Shown piece after piece: positions 11,701-23,002 of a stretch of DNA of 64,000 nt. Source of the DNA: Diadema antillarum (Eukaryota); NCBI RefSeq assembly GCF_040938485.1, contig NW_027271081.1:1364001-1428000 (forward strand). Direction: 5' to 3'. How positions within the stretch are numbered: position 1 is the first letter of the stretch; each line of letters begins with the position of its first letter. Under the pieces are notes generated by a model that was given only the letters and a program-made list of their open reading frames with translations, did not search any database and was not told the DNA's origin. A program made the translations under genes and the position numbers.

Positions 11701-14700
11701 TGCATAAACTTACATAATATCATTTTTTCCTCCATGGAAATCAAAACTTTAACTCATAAGCTTCAAAATGATACCAAACATGTCAACATTGAGCAAAGAT
11801 GAAATTTTGCCTTCTGAGGGGACCTTATCTTGGACTTGCCCTCCATTATGTTTCTTTTAGTTTCATTTTTTTTTCCCATCTTGCTGCTTATGTGCTGCTG
11901 CTTCAATGTGATATAAATTAAGTCCTTGAAATGAATTTGAACTATCTTTGAAGAGAGAATGAATTTGCCAAAATTTTGGTCACTTCCTTTTTTCCCTCCC
12001 CTCCCCCTCTCTCTCTCTCTCTTTGTGGTCAAACTGAACAGGGTCATCTCTTGAAAATAGCCTTGGAAGGCTGGAATGTCGAAAAGAGAATGAGTACCTA
12101 TTCTCAAGCCCGGAGTTTGTGGAAGGAATACCGCCATTTGCCTGTGAATTTGCTGTACAGACTGGGATTGATCACCTCTTGGCAGCAGCAGATGAGGATG
12201 GACATGTGGTCATTTATGACACATATCGCACTGGACAAGAGGCACAAGTAAAAAGTAAGGTTACCAGGCAGTATTGCTGTTGTTGCTCATCCACAGGCAG
12301 CCTAGTTCTATATAAAAGATTGTCAAATGAATCTAAGAGAAGTTTTTGTTTTTGTTTTGTTTGTTATTTTGATAAATTGATTTTATAAATTGACATATGA
12401 TTTGCAGCATTCAAATTTGGATATAAGATAAAAGATATGAATTTCAAAAAAAAAAAAGTTTTCAAGGCTGTCAAATTTGTATGTATTTCATCATGAAATT
12501 GGCTGTGCTTTCTTCAACAATCATGTGGAATTGTGTACATAGTATAAAGGAAGTACAACCTGCACATTGCTTTGTAATGATTCTGATTTTTATTGAAATT
12601 ACCGGTAAATGGCTTACACGTAAAGTTTTGGCAAATAGGTAATTTGCATACTTTTAGAGTAGATGACTTTAAAGGGTGTGTACAGTTCTGGTCAAGGTGA
12701 GAATTTAGCTTTTGACATTTTGCGAGATATTCAGAAACCACTCTATGAGATGTCAAAGAGCATGCAATTCTAAGGGGTACCAATATCAAAAGTTTACTTG
12801 ATGATAATCGATTTTGAAATGGCTGAGATATCCAAAAACAGGGTGAAACAAAGAGATCCTAATAAAAGGCGTGGCCTGTCGCCTTTTGTTATAATCACTT
12901 TATTTTGGATATCAGCCATTTGAAAACCAATTTTCATCAAGTAAACATTGAATCCTGATGAAATTTCATGCTCTTTCATATTTCACAAGAGGTTTCTCAT
13001 TATCTCACTGAGGAATGTTCGAAACATGAATCCCCACCTCAACCAGTACTGTACAGTCCCTTTAAATCTTGAATCTTGAGTCATGGTTTCATGTACACTT
13101 TAAAAAGCATATGCATTGCTCGTAGAGTACAGTTTGTACAAGGACACAAAATATAACATTTGTTTGCAGTTTTCTGTGTGTAGATGTTGATTGAACAAAG
13201 AACATTCAAGTTACATACTCTATGTCTGTTTATTTCTTCTTCTTTTTTTTTTCATATGATGTTAGTTTGGTCAGCCCACAACAATGCCATCTTTGACACC
13301 GCATGGTCGCCCACTGACCCCCGTCTGGTGACTGCGTCAGGTGACCAGACGGCTGCCCTGTGGGATGTGAAGACATCCACCAAAGTAGCCTCGTTCCAGC
13401 AACACAAGTGCAGCCTCAAGTCGGTTAGCTTTCGTCCCTGGGATGGCCACATATTTGCAACAGGCGCTCGAGATGGCAACATCATGATCTGGGATGACAG
13501 ACGCAACAAAGGAGGTACATGCTGTACACACTATGCATTTCATGACTGATTTGAAAACAAGAACCATTTTTACAGAATGAGAAAACACCGCATAATGTGT
13601 CATATTCAAAGAATCACCTTTTAGTTGGGACGATAATATGTACAGGCAATTTTTTTTTTCATTTATATGTATGTTGACATTGTTATCCATGTGTTCGTAA
13701 TGAGAACATTAGTTTAAAGTGATCTCAGTTTCCATTTTTGTGAAAAAATAATCATGGTGCCATTTCTAGCGTGGAAGACAAAAAAGAACATACATCTTGT
13801 AGCTAGCACCCCTGCTGTAGGAGGCTTCTCATCTGATCAAACCTTAAAGGCATAATTTACCATAGCAAAAGAAACAAAAACCCAGCATCAGTACTTTAAA
13901 ATAGTTCTAAAATGCGAGTTAGGGATAGAAACAACCAAATTTGAATATGTATAATCGATGTTAAGTATTGTTAGATATACAATTTATGAACAATAGTTAT
14001 AATAAAAATGTTTCCAGACTAAACTGTCTACAGTTGAGGTTTAATGAGAAAAATACTGCTATCTCCTTATATTTTAGGCTTTATTTCAAAAACTTTATAT
14101 GGTAGGATGTTTTGTGATATAACAGACCTACACATATGTGATATCTTGAACATTTTTTAAATCACTGCTCCCAAAGGTAAACAGGACCTTTAAATGAGTT
14201 TGTTGTGTGCATATATCCACATAGCTGTTCAGCATTATTGATGTCTTCTGCAGTGAATACTCAATTTGATGATATGAAATTGCACTCAGACTGCAGGTAC
14301 CATTTATTTGTAAGTACTATGACTTTAGATCAACATGTCTACAAGACCAACAACATTGTGTGTTGGGACTGATATTGGGACAATGGGATGGTATACTTCA
14401 AATATCTGTGGAAGTGTAGTTCTTCACACTTCATTGCTATTGTGTTTCTCTTGTTACAACCAGGTACCAATCAGCACAAACCAGTGTTGGTCATCAAAAG
14501 CGCTCATGCAGACGAGAACAAGGTGAAGTCGCAGCCTCGGCGACGTGGGAAGCTAGCACCAAACCTCCCTGCAATTGATTCCTCGCAGAGTGTTAGTGTC
14601 GTCCTGTTTCAAAAGGAGGACACCCTCCTATCAGCAGGTGCAGCTGATGGGTAAGGCAAATGAGATGTTTTCTTCCCCATTTCATACCCTGATACTGACT

Positions 14701-17700
14701 GTGTTCAAAGTCTGTTTCTGGTTGATGCCCAATGAAGGTCTTTGCAATCTGTCAATTTCACAGCTGGAGTTTGATAATCAAGCAGTGAGCTGTGTAATGT
14801 CATGTGGCTGTTCCTCTGCATACAGTTTGTTTCTCATGTTTCAAGTGTTTGTATCCTCTATGAGCAACTCTCCTTTATCCGTTTATTTGAGAGTACTGCA
14901 TTACCGATGGGTAAACTTTGATTTGGTAGAGGAGGTTATCATATTCACAATGTCATGAACAGTTTCTCTCGCTTTTGATGCTCTCTCCACAATTTTTTAT
15001 TGCATTAAGTTTGCTACAACTATGCAGTATTTCAAGATATGTTTTTATACCCAATAAATCATCCCAATTAACATGAATGGGGATGGAATGATCAATGCAT
15101 AGGAATTTTGTAAATAAGATCTATGCTCAGTGTAGCCAAAAGCCTGCTCCTAGTCATAGCAATGCTCATAAGCTTTTCTGATATTGATAGCACTCAACAC
15201 TTAGAGAATTTAAAAAGAAATATAAAAGGAAGCTGCTTTTTTTTAGCAGAGGATTCATTTATGTTTTTCTCTCCTTTTTTATTAATTTGTCTTTAATTAC
15301 AAGCATTGTGAAAGTGTGGGACCTGAGAAAGATGAAGTCATCTGGTACATCCAACCTGAGTCCATTGCATCAGTTCCCTTACAGTGGATCTAGGAAGAGA
15401 AAGAGGGGTAAGACTGACATGTTATACTTCTAGTTTCTGCCTGGGTTGCAGTGGCAGGAAGATGCTAAGATGTTATCAGTGCAATTAGTCCCATCATTAT
15501 GTACTAGATGTGCAACTTTTCTACATTGTTTGAGTATTTTGTTCACACAATTGTGCTTATCTGGGATTCCACCATATGTCATACATATATCAATGTTTTT
15601 ATGCATATCTCTAACTGTATCTGTTTTGTAGATTCCTTTTTAGCTCATATGAGCTGAATGGCTCAAGTGAGCTATTGTGATCGCTCTCTATCTGGTGTCC
15701 AATGTGTGTTGCCTGTAAACTTTTTCTTATTTTCAACTCTTAGAGAACTTAGATTAGCCAATTTTTGTCCCCGCCGAACAAGTTCGAGCAGGGGACTATG
15801 AAACGGGCTCCGTACGTGTGTGTGTCCGTGTGTCCGTCCGTCCGTCTGTGCGTCCGTGTGTGATCAAAATGTTCAATTTGCTACTTCTCTGTCATTTATG
15901 AGCCAATTTTGATTCTGTTTGCTTTATATGATAGCACTACATGGGAGCTTTGAAACTTCTACACAAAATTTCAGTTGTGACCTTTGACCTTGACCTTTGA
16001 CCTGTATTGTACATTTTGCTTAAAAATGCTACTCCTTCGCCATTTCTAACCCGATTTCGATTCCGTTTGCTTTATGTGATGGCACTAGATGAGGGCGTCA
16101 AAACTTCTACACAGAATTTTGACCTTTGACTTCTTTGACCTTTGACCTTGATTTTTGACCTATATTGTACATTGGCTACAAAATGCTACTCCTTCGCCAT
16201 TTCTAACCCGATTTCGATTCCGTTTGCTTTATGTGATGGCACTAGATGAGGGCGTCAAAACTTCTATACAGAATTTTGACCTTTGACTTCTTTGACCTTT
16301 GACCTTGATTTTTTACCTATATTGTACATTTTGCTACAAAATGCTACTCCTTCGCCATTTCTAACCCGATTTCGATTCCGTTTGCTTTATGTGATGGCAC
16401 TAGGTGAGGGCTTCAAAATTTCTACACAGAATTTTGACCTTTGACTTCTTTGACCTTTGACCTTGATTTTTGACCTGTATTGTACATTTTGCTACAAAAT
16501 GCTACTCCTTCGCCATTTCTAACCCGATTTCACTTCCGTTTGCTTTATGTGATGGCACTAGGTGAGGGCTTCAAAACTTCTACACAGAATTTTGACCTTT
16601 GACTTCTTTGACCTTGATTTTTGACCTATATTGTACATTGGCTACAAAATGCTACTCCCTCGCCATTTCTAACCCGATTTCGATTCCGTTTGCTTTATGT
16701 GATGGCACTAGGTGAGGGCTTCAAAACTTCTATACAGAATTTTGACCTTTGACTTCTTTGACCTTTGACCTTGATTTTTGACCCATATTGTACATTGGCT
16801 ACAAAATGCTACTCCTTCGCCATTTCTAACCCGATTTCGATTCCGTTTGCTTTATGTGATGGCACTAGGTGAGGGCTTCAAAACTTCTACACAGAATTTT
16901 GACCTTTGACCTTGATTTTTTACCTATATTGTACATTTTGCCACTAAATGCTACTTCCGGCGGGGACATATGTTACGCACCGCGTAATTTCTACTTTTCC
17001 TTGTTAAATTTTGTTTTGATTTTTTTCTTCCTTAAAACTGGTGCCTGGATTTTGACCAAACTTTGCAGGACATGGCAGGAGGGGACTGTAGTTTGTACAA
17101 ATGGTGATGTCCCAAAGGGGGGGGGGGAGGCCTCTGGGGCTGGGCCCAAGTACCCAAAATTAGGTGGATGTTGCCCAGGGGGCCTGCAGCAATCCCCAAG
17201 ACTCAAGATTGATTTATGCAAAAGCTTGCCTCTGGTAGAGTGCTATGAAGGTGAAGTACAATGTTCATGTGAGCATTAGACCCACTGGTTTTGTGTGTTT
17301 TCAGAGAAAAAGCTCTATCAAATGTCATGTTTCTATCTTTGTGGCCTCTGTCGATAGTGAAGTATTGGAGATTGTTGAATGATATTTTTGCAAATTTTAT
17401 TCCCTTTTGTCAAGTTGCAGTGTGGGCAAGTATGGAGATGATGATAACAATTAGAATGAAGGAAATTGTCCATTAAATTTACACTCAATCTAAAATGTTA
17501 CTCCTAGTGTAGTGTATGTTACATGCTTTTTTTTGTAACTTAACAGCCATCCATCTTTTTTTCCATTGATTCTTGATTTCACTGTTTAATTTGTATTTGT
17601 TCACAGGCTTTTCATCCTTGGCCCTCAGTTCATCACGAACTCGACTGTTTGCCAGCTGTACAGATAGTGTTATCTATGAATATGATCTTGGAGGAGCGCT

Positions 17701-20700
17701 ATGCTCCAGCCCATTGAGCCAATACAGCGGTCACATGAACTCCACCTTCTTTGTACGAGCAGCCCTCTCGCCGAATGACCTCTTCCTTTTGTCTGGGTCC
17801 AGTGACAACCATGCCTATATTTGGAAGGTATGCTCTATGGTTTGCAGACATTCTGAGGGAGTAGTTAATGCATGCTAGCCAGTCATCAGGCAAGCTTCAG
17901 CTTGACAAAATATGTACTGTGGATTCCAGAGAGTAGATCTGTCCGTGAATTGAACTACTTTCTTTTTAGTCAACCCTGTCAAATTAGGAGCTTGTGTTTC
18001 ATCCTAATTTGTTTTTATGTTGATGTCAATGGATATCACATTAAATATATTACACTTGACAGCAAAGCTAAGGACTAATGGGAGAAAAGTAAATCAGTGT
18101 TCACATTCCTTGATTACATACAGAAATTGTTTGTTTTTGCCACCCGGTAGTCTTTTGGGTGTTTATATTTGAATGCTCAATTTCAATAGTGTTTAATTTG
18201 GTTGCATGTTTGTTTTATGGTTAGCTGCGAAGTAACCCTCTAATATACCGGTATTTGTTATTTCTGTGTAGATCGGAGAGCCAGAATGTCCGCCATTGAC
18301 CCTGGTGGGTCATGAGGCTGAGGTCACGGCAGTGGCTTGGTGTCAGAGAGACTTCACGAAGGTGAGCATCTGTTTAAGGATATGATTTAATAAGCAGATC
18401 ACCCTTTCTATGGCCTAATAAACTGAACTCCAGTAATTGCACAAAATTTTTCATCAAAATAAACAGACTAAATTTGTTGGATTTCATAATTATACGTTGT
18501 GCTTTTTCTTCTTCAAGGCAGGTAGAGGTTATAAGTGGGGGGTTTTATTGTATTGTGTTTTGTTTTTGTTTTTGTTTTTGGATTGATTTGATATGAAAGA
18601 CACATTTTTGAATTAGTCTTAAATTGGCAACAAATCACCCCCATATTGGTTCCTGTAGTGAAGTATCTTTGCTGTTATGAAATTAATGTGAAAGGGACCA
18701 TGTTTACCATCTAGTCCCATCTTTCTAGCTCTGATATTGAATCTTGCCCCTCAAAATTGATAACCAATGTGAATGATAGAGAATTTGAATGAAGAAAGGG
18801 TGTGATTGTCATTGAAAGTTTACCTCCATGGTACAAGTATTTTCATGTTGTGCCTTCAAAGGTGTACTGTAGAACTTTCACGCCAGAAACTTTTCACACA
18901 TGCATGGCCACTTTCAGTGAATTCCACCTGTTTATGATTTTGTGGATGCGAGTAGAGAAATGTTCTCATGTTCTTATTTACTGGCCAGTTGAGTAGAGTG
19001 TGAAAAAAAAAATCTCTACCCTTCAAAGTATTTCATGTTTGCAGTAATTGAATTGATGAATTGATAACCCCCAATTTCCAACACATGCAGGTTGTTACTT
19101 GTTCGGATGATAACACCCTTCGCATGTGGAAGCTGAGAGGCCGGGAATCACCCATTGATGACCAGCTGAATGAGATTATAGGGAGAGCAAGGAGATGTGA
19201 GAGGGAGCCAGACATTGCAGGCCAGGGTAAGCAAATTCTTTCATCTCAGAATCATTGATAACTGGAGTTTCTGTACTCTTTCTGTATTTTGTCCAGAATA
19301 CATTCTAAAAGTTCAAGGTTTTTTTATATATATTATATTATAAAAGTTGAAATAAGTAAAATGAACTTAATTTCACGACAAAGAAAATACACAGATATTT
19401 CCAATGACAGCTCTCTTGCTTGATGTTATTCCCACTTAGCTGTATTACATCTCCATGGGCGGAGTGTACATATTTAACCCGTTGAGGATGAGTCCCGAGT
19501 ATACTCGGGCAAGCGTCTATGGGAAATGCGTGTTGTAGCAAAATCAGACCGTCCTCAACGGGTCAAAGGGACTGTACAGTACTGGTTGAGGTGGGGATTC
19601 AGGTTTGTAACATTAATAAGTGAGATGAGGAGAAACCTCTTATGAAATATGAAAGAGCATGTAATTTTAAGAAGGATTCAATGTTTATTTGATGAAAATT
19701 GGTTTTCAAATGGCTGAGATATCAAAAAAAGTAATTATGATAAAAGGTGACAGGCCACGCCTTCTATTAGGATCTCTTTGTTTCACCTTGTTTTTGGATA
19801 TCTCAGCCATTTCAAAACCGATTTTCATCAAATAAACTTTTGATACCCCTTAGAATTGCATGCTCTTTGACATCTCATAGAGTGGTTTCCAAATATCTTG
19901 CAAAACATTAAAAGCTAAATCCTCACCTTGACCACAACTGTACCCACCCTTTAAGATTAATTGATATTCTCTTTTCCTTATATCTCCAACACCATCCAGA
20001 TGCTATTGTGAAGAGTCAACCAGCTCAGTGTGATTCCAGCAGCAAGAACAGGTCCACCCCAACCAAGGAAATACCACAGTCTCCCATCCAGAGCCCATTG
20101 CCATGTAGTACCAAGAAGAGGAAATTTAGCCTCAGAGATTGGGCCACCACATCACCAGGACCATCTCGGCCAACCTCGTCCCAGTCGTCCAAGTCTTCTC
20201 CAAAGAGGCAGAAACAAGAGAATGCAGAAGACAACACTGCTGTGGTCCCCATAGCAACGGGACAGGGCCATGTACGGGAACTGGCCACAAACAAAAGGAA
20301 AGTCAGTGAATATGTGAAGGGGGATTCCACAGACAATGCATCACTCTCCTCCAAGAAACTGAAAGTTGTCAGTGGTGGATGCACACCTAAAACAAAGACA
20401 ACACCAGTTCAGATAAAATTGAGTGACAAGTTGGTGCACCAGATTTCAGAGGTTGCACAAGACAGAGGTAAATCCAATCCCAAATCTAGCAGTGTACTCT
20501 CCATGTCAAGTCCAAAAGTGAGTAAGAGTGACAATCACAGTAGAGAGGCAGATCAGGAAAATGTTAATCACAGAAAGCCCAGAAAGGAATCGGGCAGGGA
20601 AAAGGCGACAACCCCTAACCTCCCTCATCAACGATCTCCCCTGAAGGATGACATTCAAATGAATGGAGCAACATCACATGCGCTGAACTCTGTCAAGAAG

Positions 20701-20907
20701 AACATTGCCTCTGCATTTTCCGATTCTCCTAAGTCGGTTCTTCAGTGTGAGAAGAGGAAAGGTGATGGAGAGAAGTGTCGGACCCTTAAGGACAGCTTTG
20801 GGGAAAAGAAAGTTGGCAGACTCCTGCAAACAAAGAGAAGGAACAGCAGTGGGACCATTGATTCCTATTTTCAACCACTCCCAAAGAGACACAAATCAGA
20901 GACATAA
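8725..20907 (+). CDS. DTL: Denticleless / Cdt2, the CRL4 substrate receptor (WD40 protein, about 745 aa)
   Basis: Exons 8725-8854, 12042-12254, 13266-13514, 14464-14650, 15304-15407, 17607-17827, 18272-18361, 19091-19226, 20000-20907, all GT-AG and in phase (2238 nt). Motifs IPPFACEF, AHNNAIFDTAWSP, HKCSLKSVSF, ATGARDGNIMIWD, GHMNSTFFVRAALSP and VVTCSDDNTLRMW match DTL. A long Ser/Lys-rich tail ends in a PIP-like TIDSYF. Exon 1 is supported by phase and position rather than strong homology. Confidence 0.95.
9081..9164 (-). ncRNA. tRNA-Ala(AGC)-like pseudogene or tRNA-derived repeat head
   Basis: The minus strand reads GGGCTTTCTATAGTTCAGTCGGCCTCGGTAGAGCAACGGGCTAGCAATCCGGAGGTCTCGGGTTCGAATCCCGATGGAATCCCA followed by TTTTCTTT. 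It has an A box, a perfect B box, a T-arm and the loop CTAGCAA. The D-loop insertion and acceptor-stem mismatch argue against a functional tRNA. Confidence 0.55.
9735..11842. mobile_element. 2.1-kb non-coding TIR element with subterminal repeats, in DTL intron 1
   Basis: Perfect 18-bp TIR AGGGCAAGTCCAAGATAA (9735-9752) / TTATCTTGGACTTGCCCT (11825-11842). About 8 copies of TTA(C/T)GTATGGGAC occur in both orientations, and there is an internal duplication of about 190-220 bp (10155-10575). Confidence 0.7.
12669..13065. mobile_element. Non-autonomous Kolobok-like element, copy 2 (inverted relative to copy 1)
   Basis: TTAA-AGGGTGTGTACAG...CTGTACAGTCCCT-TTAA; reverse complement of 133-523. Confidence 0.7.
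13844..14193. mobile_element. Kolobok-like non-autonomous element (different family)
   Basis: TTAA-AGGCATAATTTACC...GGTAAACAGGACCT-TTAA: imperfect short TIR between TTAA sites. Confidence 0.5.
15762..16998 (+). mobile_element. Helentron-associated interspersed element (HINE/DINE-1-like) with a central tandem array
   Basis: SubTIRs TGTCCCCGCCG (15766-15776) and CGGCGGGGACA (16958-16968), and a (GTCC/GTCT) microsatellite near the 5' end. About 6 tandem units of 142-158 bp (16028-16950), a 3' hairpin TTACGC-ACC-GCGTAA (16973-16987) and T-rich flanks. Confidence 0.7.
19474..19566. mobile_element. 85-bp piggyBac-like MITE, copy 2
   Basis: TTAA-CCCGTTGAGGA...TCCTCAACGGG-TCAA, with the internal 16-bp palindrome CCCGAGTATACTCGGG. 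Confidence 0.7.
19563..19954. mobile_element. Non-autonomous Kolobok-like element, copy 3
   Basis: TCAA-AGGGACTGTACAG...CTGTACCCACCCT-TTAA; same family and orientation as 133-523. Confidence 0.7.
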
Positions 20908-21754
20908 TGAGTTCTCCTTTTCCTCTTCATCTCATTTTGTGTTTTGTTTTTCTCTCTGTTTTTTTCTGAGTCATCTGGCAGATGTTCTTAGGGTTTTTTT
21001 TCGCACACCAAGTTAAAGTTAGCTTCAGTGGATTGAGTAAAAAATCAAATGAGAATGGGAGAGGTTTCTTCAGAGTGGGACATAGAATAAGAAAGATACA
21101 CTTGAGGGTCATAGCATGTTAAAATGTTAATGTTGGTCAAGGATTTGCACTGTTACTCTGCATAATGAAGTAGTCGTTTTAACACCAAACAATACTAAAT
21201 ATTGTGAGAGCACTACCAGTCTTTGCTGCAGGCATAGGAGCACACACAAGCTCGTCAGCTGTAATGTAGCTATACAGTGGCTGTAATGCAAACAAAGGAT
21301 GTCAATTGTGTCGTGTTACTGTGACCTCTCTAAGAGATCAGTAGAACTTTTCTCAAATCAGTGGAGCTTTTCCTGCCTCAGTAATCAAACAATCAGAGGC
21401 CATTATTCTGACAGTAAGGTTTGTAGGAAATAATGGTCATTATGCAAAGAACATCGCAGTAGAGGTTACATTGATGTGCTGTGCAGTGAGAAAGCAGTTT
21501 TCACTGCATACGTATTCAGCAATGTTTACATGAATATCTCAAGTCTCCGCTAGAAGTCAGTAGCAGTTAGTTGCTTTTACAAAGTAATACAAGCATACTG
21601 GAGGCAGAGTGATATATTTCAGAGATCTTCCAACCTTTCTTATCAATCTCTGCAGTGGTCTTTGTAACTGCCAAGTACTGACCCTTCATAGATCAGGTAT
21701 CTAGATCATTCTTCATGTCATTTGGTCCCTGGAGAGTCAAAGCTGATAGATCAG

Positions 21755-21888
21755 GGCACCATTTCATGAAAGTTGTCAGCCCTGAAAAGTTGTCAAGTCT
21801 CTAACAACTTCAGTAAAATCCTTGGTTTTGATTGGCTGAGAAATTCTGGTCACTAACTGTTACTGTGATAATTATCTGAGATGGTGCC
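21755..21888. mobile_element. Small PIF/Harbinger-like MITE downstream of DTL
   Basis: GGCACCAT...ATGGTGCC ends with a central GATTGGCT. Confidence 0.35.
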
Positions 21889-22843
21889 TAAATCTTCTAG
21901 TCTGAAATAAACTACCGAGTACCATATTTCATCTGCATGTCATGTACTAGTTGGGAATATTCTTAGCTCTGCAGTGAAACACAGATTGTGTCAGAAATAC
22001 TGTACCTAAGTGCAGCAGTATTCTATTCACATCAAGTCAGTATTATAAATGTCACAGAAAGGAAAGAAAAAAAAATGCCCACAGTAGATTGCTGCATTTA
22101 TATTGTCTGTAGTTTGCACAATGTCTTTTACTGGTATTCATCATATATCTGATTTTCATGTAAATTTATACCGAGCTTATAAATGCATTACAAATATTTG
22201 CCAAATACCTTAGACACCAGCAAGTACTGTGACATGATTTACATGTTTTTATCCTGTCCATAGTGTAAAACTGAACATGTATCCTTCAAATATAGTTTAG
22301 GAATGCTGTGAAACCAGAAATTTTGGCATGCATCAAACTTGCACGAATATCATGAGGAGCCAAAAATTACAAAAGTAAAATGCGCACGTAAGTGTTAGTC
22401 TACACAGTGCATTGAATGGCAGTGGCAATCTGCAAAAATTTCATGGTTTTAAGATAGTGCTGTATATGAAGTACCTTCATAGCATCTATTCTATGAAAGG
22501 GACGGAACCATTGTCGATCTGTGTTGAACATGAGAAGGAAAAAATTCTGTCAACATCAAATTTTAACACATTGTGAAGCAGAGGTAGCGCCGAAATGCAG
22601 ATTTTTTTACCACCTTACTTCCATTCCATGCAAATTTGATATTCTATTTTTCATGACTTTCGTCCGTCATATATGTTCCTGTTATGTAATTCTTTCCATG
22701 GCTGTACTCAGTTTGCCTTTTGTATTACACGCGTACCTGTATTCTTTGAGATAAAGCATTACATGTGACTTGCTAGCTATATTTTCACAAGTGTTTTATT
22801 TCTTTTAATCTTTTCAAGATGTGTCAAATTTTAGTTGACATCT

Positions 22844-23002
22844 GGGTCCCATTTCATAAAAAGTAGACATGATAGCAAGTCTTGTTGGAATGGCAATTGT
22901 CATGGTAACGACAAGAATCCAGCTTCCTGATTGGCTAGTGTTATGGGAAGTTGCCATTCCAGCAAGAGTTGCCATCCTAACATCTTTTATGAAATGGGGC
23001 CC
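22844..23002. mobile_element. PIF/Harbinger-like MITE
   Basis: GGGTCCCATTTCATAAAA...TTTTATGAAATGGGGCCC. A diverged inverted relative lies at about 24700-24860 and a similar terminus at about 29497. Confidence 0.55.

Noticed and set aside
15886-16950. CRISPR-like arrays (also 36700-37900, 59740-60210, 63669-64000)
   Set aside because: Units repeat in full with no unique spacers, there are no cas genes, and the context is eukaryotic.
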